NCBI GenBank assembly: GCA_001816585.1
Contig: MHCJ01000003.1
Span: forward strand, 348,228 to 412,227
From: Candidatus Chisholmbacteria bacterium RIFCSPHIGHO2_01_FULL_52_32
GTDB taxonomy: Bacteria > Patescibacteriota > Microgenomatia > UBA1400 > Chisholmbacteraceae
DNA length: 64,000 nucleotides
Direction of reading: 5' to 3'
Shown here: positions 26,365-34,433 of the stretch, one piece after another
Layout: the number at the start of each line of letters is the position of its first letter
Position numbering within the stretch: position 1 is the stretch's first letter
Notes under the pieces: model-generated
What the model saw: only the letters and a program-made list of their open reading frames with translations
The model's database searches: none
What the model was told of the DNA's origin: nothing
Made by a program: the position numbers and the translations under genes

Positions 26365-27566
26365 TTGGCCTTCTTTCTCGTTTTCAATGCCCTTCGAACC
26401 GCTTCATGATCGGACCAAGGATATTCTGTCCTTCCGAAGCACATGCTCTTTTCATGACCCTTGCCGAACACGGCAACCACATCATTCTTTTTTGCAAGCT
26501 CTATTATCGCATAGTCAATCGCCTTTTGACGATCCGGAATCTTATAGACCGGGGTTTCTTCGCTCACTCCGCGAGCTATTTGTTCGATGATTTTTCCGAC
26601 ATCCTCCGTTCGAGGATCTTCTGCTGTCAGTACGATTTCATCGGCGAGGCGTGAGGCGACTTCACCCATCATCGGGCGCTTTGAAGGATCCCGAAGCCCT
26701 GCGGCTCCGAATACCGCGATGATCCGCTCCGAGGGGAGTTTTCTTTTACCACGAAGTGCCGATAGGGCTTCCTTGAGGGCATTTGGGGTATGGGCAAAGT
26801 CGACAAAGACGGCAATGTCTTCGTTTCGTCCAACCTGTTCCATGCGTCCCTCTATGCCTTTGAATTGCCTAAGCGTACGAAGGATGGCCTCTTGTTCGAT
26901 CTTCAGCGCTTTGGCGGCGCTGAAAGCGGCCAAGGCGTTTACGGCATTGTAGGCCTCGGATAGCTTCGGAGAAAGCGAGCTTCGGAATTGTCCCGTCATG
27001 GTGTAGTCACCACGGCTTCTCCCGTAGGTCAGGGTTTTCACATTTCCGGGCAGCATCTCCCTTACGAGAGCGTAGGCGGCATCATCGGCATTCAGGATTG
27101 CCACCTCCGTCTGTCTAAAGAGTTTGGCCTTCGCTCTAACATACCGAATGGAGCTTTTGTGGTAATCCAGGTGTTCGTGGGTAATGTTCGTCAGAACGGC
27201 TACTTTAAAATGACACCCCAGTAACCGATGCTGATCCAACCCATGAGATGTTACCTCCAACACCGCGTACTGGTACTTTTCTTCCACCATCCTTTTTAAT
27301 AACCGCTGCAATTTGAAGGACACAGGTGTGGTGACGTGAAAGCCCGTATCAATTTCCTTCTCCCCCAGTCGCGCGGCAACGGAGGAAACCATGGCTACCC
27401 GCTTCCCGGCGGTCCTCAATATCTCATAGATAAGGTGCACGGTTGTCGTCTTCCCATCGGTCCCGGTAACACCGATGAGGATCAGCCGTTTTGACGGATA
27501 TCCGAACCAGAGGTTCGCCAAGAGGGCGAGCCAGAAATGATAGATATTTTTTAGGCTTTGCCACAT
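26361..27566 (-). CDS. Mur ligase family protein (MurE/MurF-type; the only such ligase between ftsI and mraY in this cluster)
   Basis: P-loop GVTGTDGKTTT and Mur ligase central/C-terminal domains. Short (401 aa), lacking an extended N-terminal domain. Confidence 0.6.
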   Translation of the reverse strand: MWQSLKNIYHFWLALLANLWFGYPSKRLILIGVTGTDGKTTTVHLIYEILRTAGKRVAMVSSVAARLGEKEIDTGFHVTTPVSFKLQRLLKRMVEEKYQYAVLEVTSHGLDQHRLLGCHFKVAVLTNITHEHLDYHKSSIRYVRAKAKLFRQTEVAILNADDAAYALVREMLPGNVKTLTYGRSRGDYTMTGQFRSSLSPKLSEAYNAVNALAAFSAAKALKIEQEAILRTLRQFKGIEGRMEQVGRNEDIAVFVDFAHTPNALKEALSALRGKRKLPSERIIAVFGAAGLRDPSKRPMMGEVASRLADEIVLTAEDPRTEDVGKIIEQIARGVSEETPVYKIPDRQKAIDYAIIELAKKNDVVAVFGKGHEKSMCFGRTEYPWSDHEAVRRALKTRKKAK

Positions 27567-27628
27567 GGATGATTGTTTTTACAATTAACCCTATTATATC
27601 GTTCTCTTGAAGGGAGTTTGGTTTTTTC

Positions 27629-29368
27629 CTATTCCGGTTGAATCCCGTAATAATAGAAGAGGTCTTTTGCGATCGCGAACCAGAGTGGGGCGGCGGTTTC
27701 CGATCCCCATGGGGAGCTTTGCGGTTCACGGAGTTTGACGAGCATGGCGAAGACCGGATTCTCACTTGGCGCAAAACCTACGAAGCTTACGATTGTCTTG
27801 TCTTCATCATAGTGACCGGCAACCGGAATCTGGGCGGTTCCCGTTTTTCCCGCGATTCTGTATCCGTCGGGTTTTGCCCATTTCGCTTCGCCTTTCTCCA
27901 CCGCAGTAACCATCATTTCGGTGAGAAGCCTCGCGGTTTCGTTTGAAAGTACTCTTTTTCCAGGTTTCGGCTTCAACTCAAGCTCCACTTCACCCTCTAC
28001 CTTATGAACTACCTGGGGCTTAAGCATAACTCCGCCGTTTGCAATGGTTGCGACGATACGCGCCATTTGGATTCCCGTCACCGCAATGCCTTGGCCAAAA
28101 GAGGCTGTGGCGAGATCAATTTCCTTCCATTCCTTTTTTTGTCGGAGCTCTACCTTCGACTCTTCTTCAAGGTCAATCCCCGTCTTTTCTCCAATACCGA
28201 ACCTTACTAGATACTCGTAAAGGGTATCGAGGCCGAGTTTCCTGACCGCGAACACCATACCGGTGTTATCGGAATGCACAATGACCTCGGTCATGGTGGA
28301 GTTCGGATAATAAACGTCGTTCCAAGTGCGGATGGTGTAGCCTCCGATCTGAATGGGACCGCCGCACGTTTCGCAGATCGTTTCGGGGGTCACCGCCCTT
28401 GCGTCCAGGGCCGCAGCCATGGTGAGCACCTTGAAGGTCGATCCGGGTTCATAGGCTTCGGACACAATCGGGTTTTTATAGAGATACGGATCGAAATCAC
28501 CGAAATGGGCGGGATCATAGCTCGGCAGGGCTGCCATTGCGATCACTGCACCGGTCCGAGGATCAAGGATCACCACCTCACCGTTTCGGGCTCCGTATTT
28601 TCTCAAGCCCTCCTCGAGTCTTTTTTCCACAATTCTCTGAATGCTTCGGTCGAGGAAGAGCACGAGACTTCTCCCGTCCTTCGCATCGATCTCATCAAAA
28701 CGGCCAACCAGGATCGGTCTTCCGTGTGCATCCTTTTCATGGCGAATGACCCCCGGCCTGCCCTTGAGTTCTAAGTCATAGAGGCCTTCGAGACCAAAGT
28801 ATCCTTTGGGATTCCCCTCCGTGTCGCTGCCCACGAAGCCGAGGAGACTGGCTGACATCGAGGCTTCGGGATATTCACGCACGGGGACTTCATTAAAACC
28901 GATCCCTTCAAGGTTCAGTTTTTTAACTTCTTCTTTTTGCCGCTCACTCGCGTTTCGTACCAAAGGGGTCCACACGACATCTTTTCTGGTAAGCAATTTG
29001 AGGATTACGTCCTTTGCATCAATTGCGGGTCCGCGGCTGGTACTTTGAGACGATGGAGATGCCTCATGCTTTTCGAGGAGCGGGCCGAGAATAGGAGAAA
29101 GGAGATCCGCGACTTCCTGAGGGGACTGGCGAAGCTGCGGCAGATAGGCATAGACCAGGAAGCTCCTTTGATTGGTTGCCAGGGGGAATCCGTCGCTCGA
29201 ACGAATCTCGCCGCGCTTCGAGGGGATTTCGATCGTCTCGAAATGCTGTTTTTCACCCTGAGACTTTAACCCTTCCGCTTTGATGACCTGCCAGTAAAAC
29301 AGACGAGCGATCACCACGACCGTTAAGAACGTTAAAAGGACGGAGAAAAGTTTCAAACGCTTGTCCAT
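27629..29368 (-). CDS. ftsI: penicillin-binding protein (class B transpeptidase, FtsI/PBP2 family)
   Basis: N-terminal TM helix, then STFK (SxxK), HSDN (SxN) and KTGT motifs in order. Confidence 0.85.
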   Translation of the reverse strand: MDKRLKLFSVLLTFLTVVVIARLFYWQVIKAEGLKSQGEKQHFETIEIPSKRGEIRSSDGFPLATNQRSFLVYAYLPQLRQSPQEVADLLSPILGPLLEKHEASPSSQSTSRGPAIDAKDVILKLLTRKDVVWTPLVRNASERQKEEVKKLNLEGIGFNEVPVREYPEASMSASLLGFVGSDTEGNPKGYFGLEGLYDLELKGRPGVIRHEKDAHGRPILVGRFDEIDAKDGRSLVLFLDRSIQRIVEKRLEEGLRKYGARNGEVVILDPRTGAVIAMAALPSYDPAHFGDFDPYLYKNPIVSEAYEPGSTFKVLTMAAALDARAVTPETICETCGGPIQIGGYTIRTWNDVYYPNSTMTEVIVHSDNTGMVFAVRKLGLDTLYEYLVRFGIGEKTGIDLEEESKVELRQKKEWKEIDLATASFGQGIAVTGIQMARIVATIANGGVMLKPQVVHKVEGEVELELKPKPGKRVLSNETARLLTEMMVTAVEKGEAKWAKPDGYRIAGKTGTAQIPVAGHYDEDKTIVSFVGFAPSENPVFAMLVKLREPQSSPWGSETAAPLWFAIAKDLFYYYGIQPE

Positions 29369-29481
29369 TTATGCGCCTTAGAGAAGACCGTGCTTAACCA
29401 TCGATTATCCCTATTATTTTATCCCGCATCTCGCTTGGGCTGAAAACCTGAGCAAAACCGTGGGTTGAAATCTCAAAAGCT

Positions 29482-29781
29482 TCATTGGTGCATCGCGATG
29501 GGGGGTTTGAGAGGAACGTTTACCGTCTTGACCGTTCCCGTCAACCCAAGGTTCGTGGCTCTCGCCTCAAGTGTGCGGAGCGAACTTAAGGTATTGATTT
29601 CCAAACGTAGCCGCTCGTTCTGCGAAGTTAGGTTTGCTTTCCGATTTTCAAGGCTCCGCAATCGTTCGCCACTTGTTGCCAAAACGTTTGAGACCACCAA
29701 GTTCCCGAACATCAGCGTGATCACGGCGGCGATTACCACCAGGATAAGTTTCTTCGGAGTCCGTAGTAATTTCGGTTTCAT
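29482..29781 (-). CDS. ftsL: FtsL/DivIC-like septum formation protein
   Basis: 99 aa: a basic N-terminus, one TM helix, then a coiled-coil. Located between rsmH and ftsI. Confidence 0.55.
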   Translation of the reverse strand: MKPKLLRTPKKLILVVIAAVITLMFGNLVVSNVLATSGERLRSLENRKANLTSQNERLRLEINTLSSLRTLEARATNLGLTGTVKTVNVPLKPPIAMHQ

Positions 29782-29782
29782 T

Positions 29783-30673
29783 CTAAACTCTTTCTGCTAT
29801 GCGTAGTTTTGCACTTCTCGCTCTTGGATTTGCGCCTTGCTCATCACTTCCCGGTACGATTGGCTTCTTTGTGAGCAGGAGAATTTTGTTCTCCTTGTGG
29901 ATTTTTTTAAACAGCTGTTTGACGATCCGGTCCTCCGTTTCATGAAAGCTTATGACTACAAGTCTGCCCTTCTTTTCCAGCAGTCCGATGGCTTGTGTTA
30001 ACCCTTCTTTCAGCGCCTTTATCTCATCGTTTACTTCAATTCGCAGCGCCAAGAAAACCTTGGTGGCCGGATGGAGGCGCGACCGTCTTTTGGCAACGCT
30101 TGCCACAACTTCAGCAAGTTGCCGGGTCGAATAAATCGGTTTTATCCGACGGGCGATGACAAGAGCCTGGCTAATTGGCCGAGCCAAGTCCTCTTGAGCA
30201 TTTCGAGTAAAAATTTCATAGAGCTCCTCCTGACTTAACGTCTTTACGAGATCTGCGGCTGTCCGAGGCAGGTCGGGGTCGAGGCGCATATCAAGCGGGC
30301 TGTCGTTTGTGAAACTTAGGCCTTTCCCGTTTCCTTCAAGCTGAACGGATGATACGCCGAGATCAAACAGAATCCCCGAGACCCTGTTAAACCCCTTGTC
30401 TTTGGCGATCCGGGCTATGTTTCTGAAATTTCCGACCGCGAAAGAAGGCTCGCCGGCTTGTCCCCCATCCCTCTCTTTTTCGCGTGTCTCTTCTATCCGC
30501 TTCCTGGCTCTTTCGACCGCCTTTGGATCGACATCGATGGCAAGCAGCCTGCCCCCCCTTTTCACAATTTCCAGTGCATGGCCTCCTTCGCCGACAGTCG
30601 CGTCAATGTACTTTCTTCCCTTTTGAATGTGCAACGCTTCGATCGCTTCTTTTATGAGCACCGGGAGATGCAT
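29783..30673 (-). CDS. rsmH: 16S rRNA (cytosine1402-N4)-methyltransferase RsmH (MraW)
   Basis: MHLPVLIKEAIEAL...YIDATVGEGGHA and FHETEDRIVK family motifs. Confidence 0.9.
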   Translation of the reverse strand: MHLPVLIKEAIEALHIQKGRKYIDATVGEGGHALEIVKRGGRLLAIDVDPKAVERARKRIEETREKERDGGQAGEPSFAVGNFRNIARIAKDKGFNRVSGILFDLGVSSVQLEGNGKGLSFTNDSPLDMRLDPDLPRTAADLVKTLSQEELYEIFTRNAQEDLARPISQALVIARRIKPIYSTRQLAEVVASVAKRRSRLHPATKVFLALRIEVNDEIKALKEGLTQAIGLLEKKGRLVVISFHETEDRIVKQLFKKIHKENKILLLTKKPIVPGSDEQGANPRARSAKLRIAERV

Positions 30674-30822
30674 CAGTTGCCTTGTGCTTGAACATTTGGC
30701 TCCCCCATTTGTCCCTGGGAGATCGGTGTTTGAATTTGAACAGTTCGTTTTACTTCATCATCCAGTCGTTTGAGATTCTCCTCAAGCTTTTTCCGCATTT
30801 CTTCGCCGTTTATGATCGGCAT
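30673..30822 (-). CDS. candidate small ORF (49 aa, coiled-coil-like) between mraZ and rsmH; its stop overlaps the rsmH start codon (TGATG)
   Basis: Manual translation gives MPIINGEEMRKKLEENLKRLDDEVKRTVQIQTPISQGQMGEPNVQAQGN. A GAGGAAGG Shine-Dalgarno-like sequence sits about 8 nt upstream of the ATG. It is below the 60-aa cutoff of the ORF track. Confidence 0.35.
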   Translation of the reverse strand: MPIINGEEMRKKLEENLKRLDDEVKRTVQIQTPISQGQMGEPNVQAQGN

Positions 30823-30846
30823 AGGATATCCTTCCTCTGTCCGAAG

Positions 30847-31278
30847 CTAAATACCTAATTCTGAGAGTCTTTCGGCAATCTCACCGCCTTTTTTCTCTGC
30901 TTCGCTGATGTATTGGTTATAGGTTTCCCTATCCCAAATCTCAACTCTGGTGAGCGTCCCTGCGACAACCACATGCTTTGCCAGGCGCGCAAAATCTTTC
31001 AGGTATTGCGGGATTCTGGTTCTCCCCTGAGCGTCGAAGCCAAGCTCGCACGCCTGATGGGTCATCAAGCGCACGAATGCCCTGGCTTCTCGACGAGTCA
31101 CCGGACTTTGACGGAGCTTTTGAGCAAGCTTTTCCCATTCATCTTTTGGGAAAACAAACAGGCAGCCGTCGAGACCCCGAGTGATCACGCTTCCTTTTTT
31201 CAAATTGCGACGAAACTTGGCCGGAAACGCCAATCTGCCCTTTGCCTCAAGTGTGTGATAATACAGCCCGATGAACAT
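30847..31278 (-). CDS. mraZ: transcriptional regulator MraZ
   Basis: MFIGLYYHTLEAKGRLAFPAKFR and a second DXXXR-type repeat; 143 aa. Confidence 0.9.
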   Translation of the reverse strand: MFIGLYYHTLEAKGRLAFPAKFRRNLKKGSVITRGLDGCLFVFPKDEWEKLAQKLRQSPVTRREARAFVRLMTHQACELGFDAQGRTRIPQYLKDFARLAKHVVVAGTLTRVEIWDRETYNQYISEAEKKGGEIAERLSELGI

Positions 31279-31333
31279 TTGGCTGGTCTTCCCGGGCAGC
31301 AGGAAGGCCGCTGATCTTTATTTATAGGTTAAT

Positions 31334-31361
31334 TCACCACTTTTCACCACTTATTACCATT
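31334..31361 (-). promoter_or_regulatory. MraZ-operator-like array: three 10-bp-phased GTGGTG / ATGGTA direct repeats upstream of mraZ
   Basis: Plus strand reads ttcaccacttttcaccacttattaccat. In mraZ orientation this is AAGTGGTGAA AAGTGGTGAA ...ATGGTAAT, resembling the GTGG(G/T)N direct-repeat operators known for MraZ. Confidence 0.5.
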
Positions 31362-31505
31362 GAAGAGCATTTTGATCCCCTTTGTCAAGGGCTAATTTAG
31401 CTCTTTTTGTCTGCCTGGATACTCCGCAGGCGAGCGTTCGCTTCGATGAAATCTTGTGAAGTGGTCTTTTTCTTTCTGAAATTTCTTTACCACAGTACCA
31501 GAAAG

Positions 31506-31526
31506 CCCCGCCATCTTATGGCGGGG
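31506..31526. terminator. GC-rich hairpin ccccgccat-ctt-atggcgggg (9-bp stem)
   Basis: Perfect inverted repeat read from the sequence. Lies in the spacer between the lipoprotein gene end and the mraZ promoter. Confidence 0.4.
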
Positions 31527-31586
31527 ATGAATTGGAGTCTCCTTGGGGCTTTCGGTACGTGGTTTCAGTCTCTCAATTGAATGAAG

Positions 31587-31607
31587 CCCCGGCCTCTTAG
31601 GCCGGGG
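31587..31607 (-). terminator. GC-rich hairpin ccccggcc-tctta-ggccgggg (extended by gaag/cttc), immediately 3' of the lipoprotein gene stop
   Basis: Perfect inverted repeat 31587-31607, flanked by complementary gaag...cttc. Followed on the minus strand by an A/T-rich stretch. Confidence 0.45.
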
Positions 31608-31612
31608 AGACT

Positions 31613-32425
31613 TCACGGGGTACTGGGGAGGGAGATTGCAACAACGGTGGAGGCAGTATTCACCTGAGCCGTGAGGGTTTTTCCTTCCTGTCCGGTTTTG
31701 AGAGGGGCCCATCTGCCCTCTGTCCAAGCGAACAACGTCGCTTTCTGATCGCCTGAGATCCTCAGGCTCATTGTATACTGCTTGCCTTTCGAAAGGGAAA
31801 CCCCGGAGGGAAGAAAGACCGCGTAGGGTCCGCCGACCACTTCGCCGTCGATTGGGCCGGGAAGGCCCATGGTCTGGGCCACGATCACGAAGGTTTGGGC
31901 GGACAGATCCTTGTCTCCGGTATCAAAGTTGAATTTTGCATCTCTGGAGTTGAAGTGGCCTTTTTGTTTTCCTGCGATTTGAAAGTTCCACTCGCCTTTG
32001 AGTGCCGTCGTCTTCCCATTTTTATAGCGGAGGAGCAACGTTCCGCCATTCACATTCTCGTGGTAGCTGCATTTTCCGCCAGCGCTGCAACTTCCCAGGA
32101 GAATCTGGCGCACCACCGGTGCCTGTTCTTTTGAAAAATCGATTTTGCCGAAGGCTCCCTGAAGCAGGGTTCCGGCTTGGTACTCCAGTTCGTATTCCAC
32201 CTGGCTCGCGCCTTGTAATGTGGTAACGGAGATGCTGACTTCCCGTCCGTCTGCCCTCGGGATGATGGTTGCGTACGGCCTTTCCTTTACGGGAATCTCG
32301 TTCACCGGCTCCGGCGCGCCGCCTTTACCTTGTGAAGATTCCGGTTTGCCTTTGCCAAAGAGCGTACATCCTGAAAGGACAAGGGCAAAAATGGTGAGGG
32401 GGACAAGCGTTTTTCGCTTAAGCAT
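31613..32425 (-). CDS. hypothetical lipoprotein
   Basis: Signal peptide with lipobox LVLSGC near the N-terminus; Gly/Lys-rich beta-type sequence; no recognisable family motif. Confidence 0.6.
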   Translation of the reverse strand: MLKRKTLVPLTIFALVLSGCTLFGKGKPESSQGKGGAPEPVNEIPVKERPYATIIPRADGREVSISVTTLQGASQVEYELEYQAGTLLQGAFGKIDFSKEQAPVVRQILLGSCSAGGKCSYHENVNGGTLLLRYKNGKTTALKGEWNFQIAGKQKGHFNSRDAKFNFDTGDKDLSAQTFVIVAQTMGLPGPIDGEVVGGPYAVFLPSGVSLSKGKQYTMSLRISGDQKATLFAWTEGRWAPLKTGQEGKTLTAQVNTASTVVAISLPSTP

Positions 32426-33785
32426 TCAGCCTCTCCAAAAACAGCGGCAGCAGGCTATCGATCGGTTGCCTCTCCTGTTTGGTCGTATCGCGGTCCCGAA
32501 CGGTGACCGTGTTATCTTTCAATGTATCAAAGTCCACGGTCACACACCATGGGGTTCCGATCTCATCTTGGGCAAAATAGCGCTTTCCGATGTTTCCTCT
32601 GTCATCCCAGGCGCAATAAAACCGCGAGCAAAGGGTCGCATAAATTTCTCTGGCTTTGCTGACGAGCTCCGGTTTGTTAGAAAGAAGCGGGAAGACCGCC
32701 GCCTTATACGGGGCAAGCCTGGGGTGAAGCTTTAAGACAGTCCGCTTGCCATCCTCTATGTAGGCATCGATCAGAAAAAACAGGGCAGTTCTATCCACTC
32801 CGCCTGAAGTTTCAATGACCCAAGGGAAATACTCCGAGCCGTCCTCGTCCTTGTATGAAAGCCCATGACTTTTGAGGTCGTAGTCTGTTCGATTGTGAAT
32901 CCCTTCAAACTCGCTCCAGCCGAACGGAGCCTTGTACTCGATATCTTCCGCGTTGACCGCATAATGTGCCCTTTCCTTGTCTTCATGCTGTCTGAAGCGG
33001 AGATTAACTTTTTGCATTCCCAGGGACATATACCAATCGAGCCTGGTCTTTTTCCACATTTCGAAGAGTCTGTCAGCCTGTTTTGCATCGGGCTTGACAA
33101 AGTACTCAAGCTCCATTTGTTCGAACTCCCGAGAACGGAAGGTGAAGTTACCGGCGGTAATTTCATTTCTGAACGCCTTACCGATCTGGGCGATGCCGAA
33201 AGGGATTTTTACTCTGGTCGAATCAACCACGTTCTTGAAGTTTACAAACACTCCCTGGGTTATCTCTCCCCGAAGATAGGCTTTTTGTTTCGGCTCCGTT
33301 GTCCCTAAGTACACCTCTGTTAATAAATTGAATGTTTTTGGTTGGGTGACATCTTTCCAGGTATGTGTTCCTGCCACATCACAAACTAAAATCTCCGCCA
33401 AGTTCTTTGAGGAAGAACCGCCGGAAACGCGATGGCCGGTTAATTTTTTCTCGAGTTCATCAGAAGCTTCCTTAAACTGATCGGCACGATATCGTTTATG
33501 GCAATGTTTGCATTCAACTAAGGGGTCAGTGAAGGCTTTGAGATGTCCCGATTTCTCCCATACGATCGGATTCATGATGATTGCCGCATCGAGCCCCACC
33601 ACATCTTCCCTGGAATACACGATGCTCTTCCACCATTCTTTCTTGATATTGTTCTTGAGCTCCACACCCAAGGGGCCGTAGTCCCAAAAACCCGCAAAAC
33701 CCCCATAGATTTCACTCCCTTGGAAAATAAAACCCCGCCTTTTCGCAAGTGCAGTCAGCCCGTCCATGAGATTTTGCATATGCAT
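32418..33785 (-). CDS. glyQS: glycine--tRNA ligase (dimeric alpha2 type)
   Basis: N-terminal RRGFIFQGSEIYGGFAGFWDYGPLG class-II motif 1 region; 455 aa. Confidence 0.9.
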   Translation of the reverse strand: MHMQNLMDGLTALAKRRGFIFQGSEIYGGFAGFWDYGPLGVELKNNIKKEWWKSIVYSREDVVGLDAAIIMNPIVWEKSGHLKAFTDPLVECKHCHKRYRADQFKEASDELEKKLTGHRVSGGSSSKNLAEILVCDVAGTHTWKDVTQPKTFNLLTEVYLGTTEPKQKAYLRGEITQGVFVNFKNVVDSTRVKIPFGIAQIGKAFRNEITAGNFTFRSREFEQMELEYFVKPDAKQADRLFEMWKKTRLDWYMSLGMQKVNLRFRQHEDKERAHYAVNAEDIEYKAPFGWSEFEGIHNRTDYDLKSHGLSYKDEDGSEYFPWVIETSGGVDRTALFFLIDAYIEDGKRTVLKLHPRLAPYKAAVFPLLSNKPELVSKAREIYATLCSRFYCAWDDRGNIGKRYFAQDEIGTPWCVTVDFDTLKDNTVTVRDRDTTKQERQPIDSLLPLFLERLNA

Positions 33786-33851
33786 ATGGTAGCAAATACG
33801 GGGTCGAGTTTACAGCGAACAGCTTGACGATGTCGCGATCTAAAAAATTTG

Positions 33852-34397
33852 CTAGACCTCTTTGAATACTTCGGCGGTTCTGAGCTTCCGCTCGATAATT
33901 GATTCGATGTGGTCCTTCAAGGATTCCCGCGATGGACTATTTGGTAGTCCGAATCCAAGTTCACTTAAGAGTTTTCGTTCAAACTGGGTCACCTGTCCCC
34001 GAGTCAACTGCTGTTCGCGGTCAATTGTCCCTAACACCTCGAGGAGATCGGAAAAAACGGTTTCATTTTCCTGGTTTTCGGCGGTAAGAAGATCGACCAA
34101 CTCTGCACAGTGGAAGGCTGCTTTTACGGCTTTCAGGCGTTTTCGGATGTTGGGAAAATTCTCAACCATCTCGGTTTGGGTGAGGACATCGAGCTGTCTG
34201 CCTTTGGCAAGATAAAGAACAGTGCGATGAAACAGTTCAATCGAGGCTGATTTTCTTGAGGTAGGTTTGCGTACTCCCTTTGCAAGGCAGCGGATTTTCC
34301 CGTGATGGCGGGTAAATACCGTCAACAGCCTATCCGCCTCACCGATATTTTGGCGCTTGAGGATTATCCCTTCGGTCCGGTAGTGCCTGGGATGCAT
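33852..34397 (-). CDS. recO: DNA repair protein RecO (short form)
   Basis: TEGIILKRQNIGEADRLLTVFTRHHGKIRCLAKGVRK matches the RecO N-terminal OB-fold consensus. Confidence 0.7.
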   Translation of the reverse strand: MHPRHYRTEGIILKRQNIGEADRLLTVFTRHHGKIRCLAKGVRKPTSRKSASIELFHRTVLYLAKGRQLDVLTQTEMVENFPNIRKRLKAVKAAFHCAELVDLLTAENQENETVFSDLLEVLGTIDREQQLTRGQVTQFERKLLSELGFGLPNSPSRESLKDHIESIIERKLRTAEVFKEV

Positions 34398-34433
34398 AGC
34401 ATTCCTTTGTTTACTGTTGGGAACTCCGATTGG

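Noticed and set aside
31392-31727. ORF 31392..31727 (-), 111 aa
   Set aside because: It overlaps the 3' end of the lipoprotein gene and both GC hairpins. Its composition is basic and proline-rich like translated GC-rich non-coding DNA. Judged spurious.
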